A DNA stretch of 64,000 bases from Paramoeba atlantica (taxonomy: Eukaryota > Protista > Discosea), in assembly GCA_977017575.1 (NCBI GenBank), contig CDRNVI010000046.1, positions 124,001 through 188,000 on the forward strand, read 5' to 3'. The notes beneath the pieces are model-generated. The model saw only the letters and a list, made by a program, of their open reading frames with translations, had not been told where the DNA came from and ran no database searches. Below, piece after piece: positions 33,060 to 42,376 of this stretch. Position 1 is the stretch's first letter. Each line of letters begins with the position of its first letter. A program made the translations under genes and the position numbers.

Positions 33060-36000
33060 TTACAATAAGGAAAGGTCTTACAATAAGGAAAGGTCTTACA
33101 ATAAGGAAAGGTCTTACAATAAGGAAAGGTCTTACAATAAGGAAAGGTCTTACAATAAGGAAAGGTCTTACAATAAGGAAAGGTCTTACAATAAGGAAAG
33201 GTCTTACAATAAGGAAAGGTCTTACAATAAGGAAAGGTCTTACAATAAGGAAAGGTCTTACAATAAGGAAAGGTCTTACAATAAGGAAAGGTCTTACAAT
33301 AAGGAAAGGTCTTACAATAAGGAAAGGTCTTACAATAAGGAAAGGTCTTACAATAAGGAAAGGTCTTACAATAAGGAAAGGTCTTACAATAAGGAAAGGT
33401 CTTACAATAAGGAAAGGTCTTACAATAAGGAAAGGTCTTACAATAAGGAAAGGTCTTACAATAAGGAAAGGTCTTACAATAAGGAAAGGTCTTACAATAA
33501 GGAAAGGTCTTACAATAAGGAAAGGTCTTACAATAAGGAAAGGTCTTACAATAAGGAAAGGTCTTACAATAAGGAAAGGTCTTACAATAAGGAAAGGTCT
33601 TACAATAAGGAAAGGTCTTACAATAAGGAAAGGTCTTACAATAAGGAAAGGTCTTACAATAAGGAAAGGTCTTACAATAAGGAAAGGTCTTACAATAAGG
33701 AAAGGTCTTACAATAAGGAAAGGTCTTACAATAAGGAAAGGTCTTACAATAAGGAAAGGTCTTACAATAAGGAAAGGTCTTACAATAAGGAAAGGTCTTA
33801 CAATAAGGAAAGGTCTTACAATAAGGAAAGGTCTTACAATAAGGAAAGGTCTTACAATAAGGAAAGGTCTTACAATAAGGAAAGGTCTTACAATAAGGAA
33901 AGGTCTTACAATAAGGAAAGGTCTTACAATAAGGAAAGGTCTTACAATAAGGAAAGGTCTTACAATAAGGAAAGGTCTTACAATAAGGAAAGGTCTTACA
34001 ATAAGGAAAGGTCTTACAATAAGGAAAGGTCTTACAATAAGGAAAGGTCTTACAATAAGGAAAGGTCTTACAATAAGGAAAGGTCTTACAATAAGGAAAG
34101 GTCTTACAATAAGGAAAGGTCTTACAATAAGGAAAGGTCTTACAATAAGGAAAGGTCTTACAATAAGGAAAGGTCTTACAATAAGGAAAGGTCTTACAAT
34201 AAGGAAAGGTCTTACAATAAGGAAAGGTCTTACAATAAGGAAAGGTCTTACAATAAGGAAAGGTCTTACAATAAGGAAAGGTCTTACAATAAGGAAAGGT
34301 CTTACAATAAGGAAAGGTCTTACAATAAGGAAAGGTCTTACAATAAGGAAAGGTCTTACAATAAGGAAAGGTCTTACAATAAGGAAAGGTCTTACAATAA
34401 GGAAAGGTCTTACAATAAGGAAAGGTCTTACAATAAGGAAAGGTCTTACAATAAGGAAAGGTCTTACAATAAGGAAAGGTCTTACAATAAGGAAAGGTCT
34501 TACAATAAGGAAAGGTCTTACAATAAGGAAAGGTCTTACAATAAGGAAAGGTCTTACAATAAGGAAAGGTCTTACAATAAGGAAAGGTCTTACAATAAGG
34601 AAAGGTCTTACAATAAGGAAAGGTCTTACAATAAGGAAAGGTCTTACAATAAGGAAAGGTCTTACAATAAGGAAAGGTCTTACAATAAGGAAAGGTCTTA
34701 CAATAAGGAAAGGTCTTACAATAAGGAAAGGTCTTACAATAAGGAAAGGTCTTACAATAAGGAAAGGTCTTACAATAAGGAAAGGTCTTACAATAAGGAA
34801 AGGTCTTACAATAAGGAAAGGTCTTACAATAAGGAAAGGTCTTACAATAAGGAAAGGTCTTACAATAAGGAAAGGTCTTACAATAAGGAAAGGTCTTACA
34901 ATAAGGAAAGGTCTTACAATAAGGAAAGGTCTTACAATAAGGAAAGGTCTTACAATAAGGAAAGGTCTTACAATAAGGAAAGGTCTTACAATAAGGAAAG
35001 GTCTTACAATAAGGAAAGGTCTTACAATAAGGAAAGGTCTTACAATAAGGAAAGGTCTTACAATAAGGAAAGGTCTTACAATAAGGAAAGGTCTTACAAT
35101 AAGGAAAGGTCTTACAATAAGGAAAGGTCTTACAATAAGGAAAGGTCTTACAATAAGGAAAGGTCTTACAATAAGGAAAGGTCTTACAATAAGGAAAGGT
35201 CTTACAATAAGGAAAGGTCTTACAATAAGGAAAGGTCTTACAATAAGGAAAGGTCTTACAATAAGGAAAGGTCTTACAATAAGGAAAGGTCTTACAATAA
35301 GGAAAGGTCTTACAATAAGGAAAGGTCTTACAATAAGGAAAGGTCTTACAATAAGGAAAGGTCTTACAATAAGGAAAGGTCTTACAATAAGGAAAGGTCT
35401 TACAATAAGGAAAGGTCTTACAATAAGGAAAGGTCTTACAATAAGGAAAGGTCTTACAATAAGGAAAGGTCTTACAATAAGGAAAGGTCTTACAATAAGG
35501 AAAGGTCTTACAATAAGGAAAGGTCTTACAATAAGGAAAGGTCTTACAATAAGGAAAGGTCTTACAATAAGGAAAGGTCTTACAATAAGGAAAGGTCTTA
35601 CAATAAGGAAAGGTCTTACAATAAGGAAAGGTCTTACAATAAGGAAAGGTCTTACAATAAGGAAAGGTCTTACAATAAGGAAAGGTCTTACAATAAGGAA
35701 AGGTCTTACAATAAGGAAAGGTCTTACAATAAGGAAAGGTCTTACAATAAGGAAAGGTCTTACAATAAGGAAAGGTCTTACAATAAGGAAAGGTCTTACA
35801 ATAAGGAAAGGTCTTACAATAAGGAAAGGTCTTACAATAAGGAAAGGTCTTACAATAAGGAAAGGTCTTACAATAAGGAAAGGTCTTACAATAAGGAAAG
35901 GTCTTACAATAAGGAAAGGTCTTACAATAAGGAAAGGTCTTACAATAAGGAAAGGTCTTACAATAAGGAAAGGTCTTACAATAAGGAAAGGTCTTACAAT

Positions 36001-37368
36001 AAGGAAAGGTCTTACAATAAGGAAAGGTCTTACAATAAGGAAAGGTCTTACAATAAGGAAAGGTCTTACAATAAGGAAAGGTCTTACAATAAGGAAAGGT
36101 CTTACAATAAGGAAAGGTCTTACAATAAGGAAAGGTCTTACAATAAGGAAAGGTCTTACAATAAGGAAAGGTCTTACAATAAGGAAAGGTCTTACAATAA
36201 GGAAAGGTCTTACAATAAGGAAAGGTCTTACAATAAGGAAAGGTCTTACAATAAGGAAAGGTCTTACAATAAGGAAAGGTCTTACAATAAGGAAAGGTCT
36301 TACAATAAGGAAAGGTCTTACAATAAGGAAAGGTCTTACAATAAGGAAAGGTCTTACAATAAGGAAAGGTCTTACAATAAGGAAAGGTCTTACAATAAGG
36401 AAAGGTCTTACAATAAGGAAAGGTCTTACAATAAGGAAAGGTCTTACAATAAGGAAAGGTCTTACAATAAGGAAAGGTCTTACAATAAGGAAAGGTCTTA
36501 CAATAAGGAAAGGTCTTACAATAAGGAAAGGTCTTACAATAAGGAAAGGTCTTACAATAAGGAAAGGTCTTACAATAAGGAAAGGTCTTACAATAAGGAA
36601 AGGTCTTACAATAAGGAAAGGTCTTACAATAAGGAAAGGTCTTACAATAAGGAAAGGTCTTACAATAAGGAAAGGTCTTACAATAAGGAAAGGTCTTACA
36701 ATAAGGAAAGGTCTTACAATAAGGAAAGGTCTTACAATAAGGAAAGGTCTTACAATAAGGAAAGGTCTTACAATAAGGAAAGGTCTTACAATAAGGAAAG
36801 GTCTTACAATAAGGAAAGGTCTTACAATAAGGAAAGGTCTTACAATAAGGAAAGGTCTTACAATAAGGAAAGGTCTTACAATAAGGAAAGGTCTTACAAT
36901 AAGGAAAGGTCTTACAATAAGGAAAGGTCTTACAATAAGGAAAGGTCTTACAATAAGGAAAGGTCTTACAATAAGGAAAGGTCTTACAATAAGGAAAGGT
37001 CTTACAATAAGGAAAGGTCTTACAATAAGGAAAGGTCTTACAATAAGGAAAGGTCTTACAATAAGGAAAGGTCTTACAATAAGGAAAGGTCTTACAATAA
37101 GGAAAGGTCTTACAATAAGGAAAGGTCTTTACAATAAGGAAAGGTCTTACAATAAGGAAAGGTCTTACAATAAGGAAAGGTCTTACAATAAGGAAAGGTC
37201 TTACAATAAGGAAAGGTCTTACAATAAGGAAAGGTCTTACAATAAGGAAAGGTCTTACAATAAGGAAAGGTCTTACAATAAGGAAAGGTCTTACAATAAG
37301 GAAAGGTCTTACAATAAGGAAAGGTCTTACAATAAGGAAAGGTCTTACAATAAGGAAAGGTCTTACAA
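33060..37368. repeat. 18-bp tandem array (TTACAATAAGGAAAGGTC)n, about 239 copies
   Basis: Near-perfect; one extra T at about 37130. Confidence 0.98.
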
Positions 37369-38223
37369 GAATTGCTCATCAGAATATAATTTTAATAAAC
37401 AAATAATTAATTTGTAATCACTAAATATAATTTATCAAATACGAGGCACCCAAATACCTGTGTTTTGAACGTTACTATAAATAAAATTATTTGATGAATA
37501 TAGTACTAAAGGACGTCCTTATCAAAACAATCTTCACCTCTCTCTCTCTTGCGAATGGGTAGTTCCCCGGCGGGGAGTGGTTCGGGGGATGGCGGGTGGG
37601 GCAACTTTCCTTTTGCGAAAATAGAGAAAAGCTACTAGTGTAATAATAAAGTATAGTACTGTATAATTGATAATCTACAAATATACATGGTTCCCCCCAG
37701 AGGGGGCAATGTCACACTGAAATCAGATCATAATATTAAATATCATGTGCCCCGTAGGGCCACGGTCAGATCTCATACAGAATCAAAAGTATCTTCTTTG
37801 ATCAATTCTTTCCGTAAACTATAAGAATTGCTCATCAGAATATAATTTTAATAAACAAATAATTAATTTGTAATCACTAAATATAATTTATCAAATACGA
37901 GGCACCCAAATACCTGTGTTTTGAACGTTACTATAAATAAAATTATTTGATGAATATAGTACTAAAGGACGTCCTTATCAAAACAATCTTCACCTCTCTC
38001 TCTCTTGCGAATGGGTAGTTCCCCGGCGGGGACCACCCACTCGCCAGTTCTCACAATCACCCACACGCTAGTAATGTGGCGAAACCCCCAGGTCGCCTAC
38101 TACCTGAGAGCCCCCCTCATCACCTCGTACTCTCACTCACACATTGCCCAATCCTCACATCAACATACATCCCATACATATCAAAATCGCTCGAATATCC
38201 GTTCTTCCTGGTTATTGATTGTA

Positions 38224-41046
38224 TCAATGCTTTTTCTCTTCACACATTCTGCTATATGGATCTGCAGGATTTTCTTTTGATGCAATATATTCTGCCTGTA
38301 CTGCAATTCCTTGACGATTCAAATATTTCAACAAACCATACAACTCCGAAGTAATGCCATCAGATCCTGACACTTTCCTATTGATCGCTGCTAAACAGGA
38401 TGTATTGTCAACAAATAAATCTACGCATGTATCTCGCTGAAAGTGATGCCCGTACTTCTCAAACGCCAAACGTACTGCCCGAGCTTCGGCTCGATTCACT
38501 TCGTACTTGAAACCCTCCGGCCAGGAGGCTCCGGTACATAAAACTTTCCCATAGTCGAGGTAAAGCACCGCCCCCCACCCGGTGGACGACGCATCGGTAA
38601 ATAGAACGTGCTGATGTGGTACTGTATCAGGGTGTCGGACCGGGTCCACTGGAGAACAATAGATCAAGGAATCGCGCCACTCGGTCAACTTCACTCGCAC
38701 TCGTAATGGTAAAGGTACGACAGTATCCAATAGGCAAGGATCGCGATTTAAATGATTGATTCGTCGTCGGACAATTTTCAAGAATAGATGATATTGGGGA
38801 ATCGGTATGCCCATGATTGCCGAAGCAAAAATGAGCCTCCCAACACCGGCCTCCAGCCCAGAGTATGTGGTATGCATGTAGTTATCATTCTGAAGTCTTC
38901 GCGTTATCTTGGGTCCCAATGCAACTTTCCCTGATCGGTGGTGATAATTGACTCCATTGAATGTGTAGTTCTGCAAAGGTGGCACCCCAAGCTCCTTAAA
39001 ACGGGCGTTAACTTGCTGCGCCCGTCGATCTATAAACGCGGCATATTCCTGTGTATTTTTGTCACTAGAAGCGTAACGAATGCCGTCGATATACACATCC
39101 AGACCATTGTGGGCAAACGCCGATTTCTTATTACAGTAAGCTGGATCTCCCGCTATTGTCGCGGTTAACGAGTGCATCAACTCAGGGGCACACCGGTGTC
39201 CCATCGGCATCACATTCATTTCATATACTTGCCCACTGCGGTCCAAAAATCTGAACTTCGCCCTACTTTCGGATGGAATCGCGACCTGAAAAAAACCGCA
39301 TGCCAGATCACGCTTTACCGCCGAGTCCTGTCGGGCTCGATGGAGATAATAGGCTGCATGTTTTACCGGTACTTGTGGCTCATAAACCTCCTTAATCCGC
39401 GCGTTGTCATCCCGGGTCCATGCTATAAACCGCCGGCGTTCTGTCTCGTCGTCAGCAGGCTCGACAACCGTGAATGGTATCACCCATTCCATCGTTGGGC
39501 GACGCTGTGCTTCCTCTGTGTTGACGTGTGACACAAATCCTGCGTCCACCAGCTGGGTTATATCCTTGTCGTGCAATAATGATTTACACGCCGGTGTTTT
39601 ACTCGGAGTGTTTGGTAACCGAGTTAAAATTTTCCATGTCTCCTGGAAGCGCTCACGTGCTTTTTGGTTCATTAACAGTTTAAGTCGCTCGACCTCCATC
39701 TGTGGAATATTTAGCTTCACATGCAAGGGCAACTTCCAATCCCCCTCCTGTGCCACCTTAGAGGTCCTCCTCGATCTCGTTATTGTGTGCTTTACCTTCT
39801 CGTGTGGTATATCTTCCAAAAACTTGCTAAAAATAACCTCGGGGCTCACAGTATCTGTAGTTTTGACGTGGCCTTCTGGGTACCAAGCGCCAAGGCGGTA
39901 GTGACTGGGTCCGCATTGTACCGCAGGAGGGACTCCAGGGATTGGTGCTTTGCGAGATGTTGCACCTCGTCGAGTCGGATTGTCCCGTTGGCTACCTCTG
40001 TGAAAAGGTGTGTGATTGCGCCCCTCTTCGCCGAATGCGTGCCGTACCCCGCCCCTAACCGCTCTCGAATGCGGGCGTCGACCTCCGTCACCGTTGATCT
40101 GGACATTGGCTGGTGCTGTCCCAACTGACTGATGTACGCGTGAAGGGTAGCGGTTCCGGGGCCCTCGATCACCGTGTACATGGAGGGTCGGTATGGGTTG
40201 AACCTGGAAGTCTTTGTTTTTCGCCCCCACCAAATCACTATTCTTAACGGCGTTAATTCGCGAAATTGTTCCTTCGTCAAACTTGCAGTCTCTGTCCACC
40301 GGCTGGCTGCTTTCCAACAAAGCATCAAGGTATGTCTTTCGCTGCATGGGAGATGGTGCCATAACTGGTTCAGTAACGTGGGTGTCAAAGGAGCCATCTG
40401 GCGTACTGGCTCCGTGGCCCCTTCTGCCATCAGTGATTTTACATAAAATTTTAGAGGATTCGTTTCCAGGCCTGCGAGGCTTAATATAGAAGCGAGGCTG
40501 CGTGCGTACGTGAGCTTGCCCTGTACTCTGATGTTCATCGTCGCCACAAAAGTTACTGCATGTATCGCGGTAATTTCGATTGCCTTCCAATTGCAAAAGG
40601 CGGTTAGTCTTTCCCACAACCTCGCCCTGCTTTTCCAGGTTGCGTTGCTCCACATCTCGGACATCCCATCTAGTGCTACACGGACCTCTTCCGTCACGTG
40701 AGTAATTCCCATTAATAACTTCATCAACTTCATCCTTACTGGCGTAGTATCCACACTTAACATTCCTCCGTACAAACTCCCAGATCTTATCAATCTCCCT
40801 TTCAAGTCGCCTGCACTTGGTACATTCACCGTCTGCTTTTCCGTTTGTAACCTTCTCTCCCTCCTCCTTTTCTTTGCAACTTGCATATTCGACACACTTT
40901 TCCCCTTGAATATAATAACACTGGCCGTTAGGGTGGGGCTTTTTCATAAGCTCTTGCTGCTCCCGGCAGGGCCAGCCACCCGCGAACGAAAATCCCGCTT
41001 TGGACAGTTTTTCCATACATGATCGGGTGAACGGCACCCAAAACAC
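38224..41046 (-). CDS. ORF3 RT/RNase H of Y3; overlaps the gag end and all of YR in the -1 frame
   Basis: KRDLACGFFQV, MPMGHRCAPE, DVYIDG, LFTDASSTGWG, EVNRAEA, FVDN, NPADPYSR. Confidence 0.93.
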   Translation of the reverse strand: MFWVPFTRSCMEKLSKAGFSFAGGWPCREQQELMKKPHPNGQCYYIQGEKCVEYASCKEKEEGEKVTNGKADGECTKCRRLEREIDKIWEFVRRNVKCGYYASKDEVDEVINGNYSRDGRGPCSTRWDVRDVEQRNLEKQGEVVGKTNRLLQLEGNRNYRDTCSNFCGDDEHQSTGQAHVRTQPRFYIKPRRPGNESSKILCKITDGRRGHGASTPDGSFDTHVTEPVMAPSPMQRKTYLDALLESSQPVDRDCKFDEGTISRINAVKNSDLVGAKNKDFQVQPIPTLHVHGDRGPRNRYPSRVHQSVGTAPANVQINGDGGRRPHSRAVRGGVRHAFGEEGRNHTPFHRGSQRDNPTRRGATSRKAPIPGVPPAVQCGPSHYRLGAWYPEGHVKTTDTVSPEVIFSKFLEDIPHEKVKHTITRSRRTSKVAQEGDWKLPLHVKLNIPQMEVERLKLLMNQKARERFQETWKILTRLPNTPSKTPACKSLLHDKDITQLVDAGFVSHVNTEEAQRRPTMEWVIPFTVVEPADDETERRRFIAWTRDDNARIKEVYEPQVPVKHAAYYLHRARQDSAVKRDLACGFFQVAIPSESRAKFRFLDRSGQVYEMNVMPMGHRCAPELMHSLTATIAGDPAYCNKKSAFAHNGLDVYIDGIRYASSDKNTQEYAAFIDRRAQQVNARFKELGVPPLQNYTFNGVNYHHRSGKVALGPKITRRLQNDNYMHTTYSGLEAGVGRLIFASAIMGIPIPQYHLFLKIVRRRINHLNRDPCLLDTVVPLPLRVRVKLTEWRDSLIYCSPVDPVRHPDTVPHQHVLFTDASSTGWGAVLYLDYGKVLCTGASWPEGFKYEVNRAEARAVRLAFEKYGHHFQRDTCVDLFVDNTSCLAAINRKVSGSDGITSELYGLLKYLNRQGIAVQAEYIASKENPADPYSRMCEEKKH
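39846..40895 (-). CDS. Tyrosine recombinase of Y3
   Basis: SRWTE (R), KTK (K), HSAKRGA, AKH, LLRY (Y). Confidence 0.93.
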   Translation of the reverse strand: MSNMQVAKKRRRERRLQTEKQTVNVPSAGDLKGRLIRSGSLYGGMLSVDTTPVRMKLMKLLMGITHVTEEVRVALDGMSEMWSNATWKSRARLWERLTAFCNWKAIEITAIHAVTFVATMNIRVQGKLTYARSLASILSLAGLETNPLKFYVKSLMAEGATEPVRQMAPLTPTLLNQLWHHLPCSERHTLMLCWKAASRWTETASLTKEQFRELTPLRIVIWWGRKTKTSRFNPYRPSMYTVIEGPGTATLHAYISQLGQHQPMSRSTVTEVDARIRERLGAGYGTHSAKRGAITHLFTEVANGTIRLDEVQHLAKHQSLESLLRYNADPVTTALALGTQKATSKLQIL

Positions 41047-42137
41047 AGCATTCCCGGTCTTCGGTATGGCGCAGGCGCGCGAGCTGGTGTGACGTGCGGA
41101 GTAAAATAACGCTGCGATCCTTGAGGTACATACGTGGCGTATGCTCGAGATAAACGTTTTTCTCTTTCGGCCAGCTGATCACTCACGTGGTGGTAAAATT
41201 TATCGTTGGGACGCACGTCTTTTTGCATTTTCTCATGTACTAGCTCCACGTCCACGCGACGCGCACGCCAGTACGCGTCACGTAGCGATTGGATAATTGC
41301 TCGGCCCATCTCAAGAAAAGTACTCTGGTTCCACCCGGGCGTTTGTCGAGCCAGAATAATCCACTTGCAGAAAATTCCATTAAAATTACGCTCTTGCTGT
41401 TTTACGAAAGTACGATCTTGGAAGTACTGGTTAACTCGTAATCCAAACTCAGGTGCATCACGCAGTTCACGTATTAAATCCCTCGTTCGAAACCCACCCT
41501 CATCGAGAGACATAATCCACGGCTCAAATGTAATGGGCTCATAGGGATCCAGGGCGTTCGGGTCGAGAACCAACGGGGATGCATCTGTCGAAAATATCAC
41601 TTCCGCAGGTTCCTCATTAACACGAGTTTCATCGAGCGCGTTCATTTGCCGTACAGGTCGGCGCCCTTGTGTCGGTAACATCGCAGAGGGTACAGTTGGT
41701 TGAGTTCCTGGCGTGGTCGAAGGTTGTGTCGGATCTCCTGCTGTCTGTGGCCCCCCCTGGGCTGTCCCTCCCCTCGTCTCGGTCTGTGGAACCTCCCCTG
41801 GAAAATGGTGGATTTTTACCTGATAATAATTCAGTTCCGCATGAGGAAAAGGATACTCTTTCGTGGGTTCATCTTCCCACACGGCCCATAACTCCAAACC
41901 TTCCTGACGAACTTTTCCGTACACTGCTTTTATTGATTCATTGGGCTCGTCCTTGCGGCGAAAAAAAGCTTGCACTGACACCGCCGGCTTGTCGGCCGGT
42001 GCCAAAAGAAGTCTCTCCCGGATCACTGCACATACATTGGTCAGATCGTGCGTCGTAAGCGGCTCGGTAGGCGCGAGCGGCTCCGTCACAGGAGAGGAAC
42101 GTCGGGAGCTCCGTAAGCTCCGCGTCGAAGGATTCAT
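40944..42137 (-). CDS. gag: Gag-like protein of Y3
   Basis: First ATG at 42137 just inside A1; CFGCRSPDHVWKNC knuckle. Confidence 0.88.
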   Translation of the reverse strand: MNPSTRSLRSSRRSSPVTEPLAPTEPLTTHDLTNVCAVIRERLLLAPADKPAVSVQAFFRRKDEPNESIKAVYGKVRQEGLELWAVWEDEPTKEYPFPHAELNYYQVKIHHFPGEVPQTETRGGTAQGGPQTAGDPTQPSTTPGTQPTVPSAMLPTQGRRPVRQMNALDETRVNEEPAEVIFSTDASPLVLDPNALDPYEPITFEPWIMSLDEGGFRTRDLIRELRDAPEFGLRVNQYFQDRTFVKQQERNFNGIFCKWIILARQTPGWNQSTFLEMGRAIIQSLRDAYWRARRVDVELVHEKMQKDVRPNDKFYHHVSDQLAEREKRLSRAYATYVPQGSQRYFTPHVTPARAPAPYRRPGMLCFGCRSPDHVWKNCPKRDFRSRVAGPAGSSKSL

Positions 42138-42376
42138 AGTTGCGAGTTCTGATCGCAACTTTCCTTTTGCGAAAATAGAGAAAAGCTACTAGTGTAATAA
42201 TAAAGTATAGTACTGTATAATTGATAATCTACAAATATACATGGTTCCCCCCAGAGGGGGCAATGTCACACTGAAATCAGATCATAATATTAAATATCAT
42301 GTGCCCCGTAGGGCCACGGTCAGATCTCATACAGAATCAAAAGTATCTTCTTTGATCAATTCTTTCCGTAAACTAT

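Larger units (their letters stand above)
37369..42376 (-). mobile_element. Complete YR retrotransposon (family Y3) with split direct repeats A1-gag-YR-RT/RH-B1-A2-B2
   Basis: A 42155-42378 = 37601-37824 (224 bp); B 37825-38032 = 37369-37576 (208 bp); three open ORFs; AA shared with the target. Confidence 0.96.

Noticed and set aside
37541-37576. HDV-like ribozyme suggested by GCGAATGGG
   Set aside because: It is antisense to the element and no P1/P2/P3 nested pseudoknot can be built.
38224-41046. Aspartic protease or DIRS-type methyltransferase in ORF3
   Set aside because: No D(T/S)G motif was seen, and the ORF ends right after RNase H.
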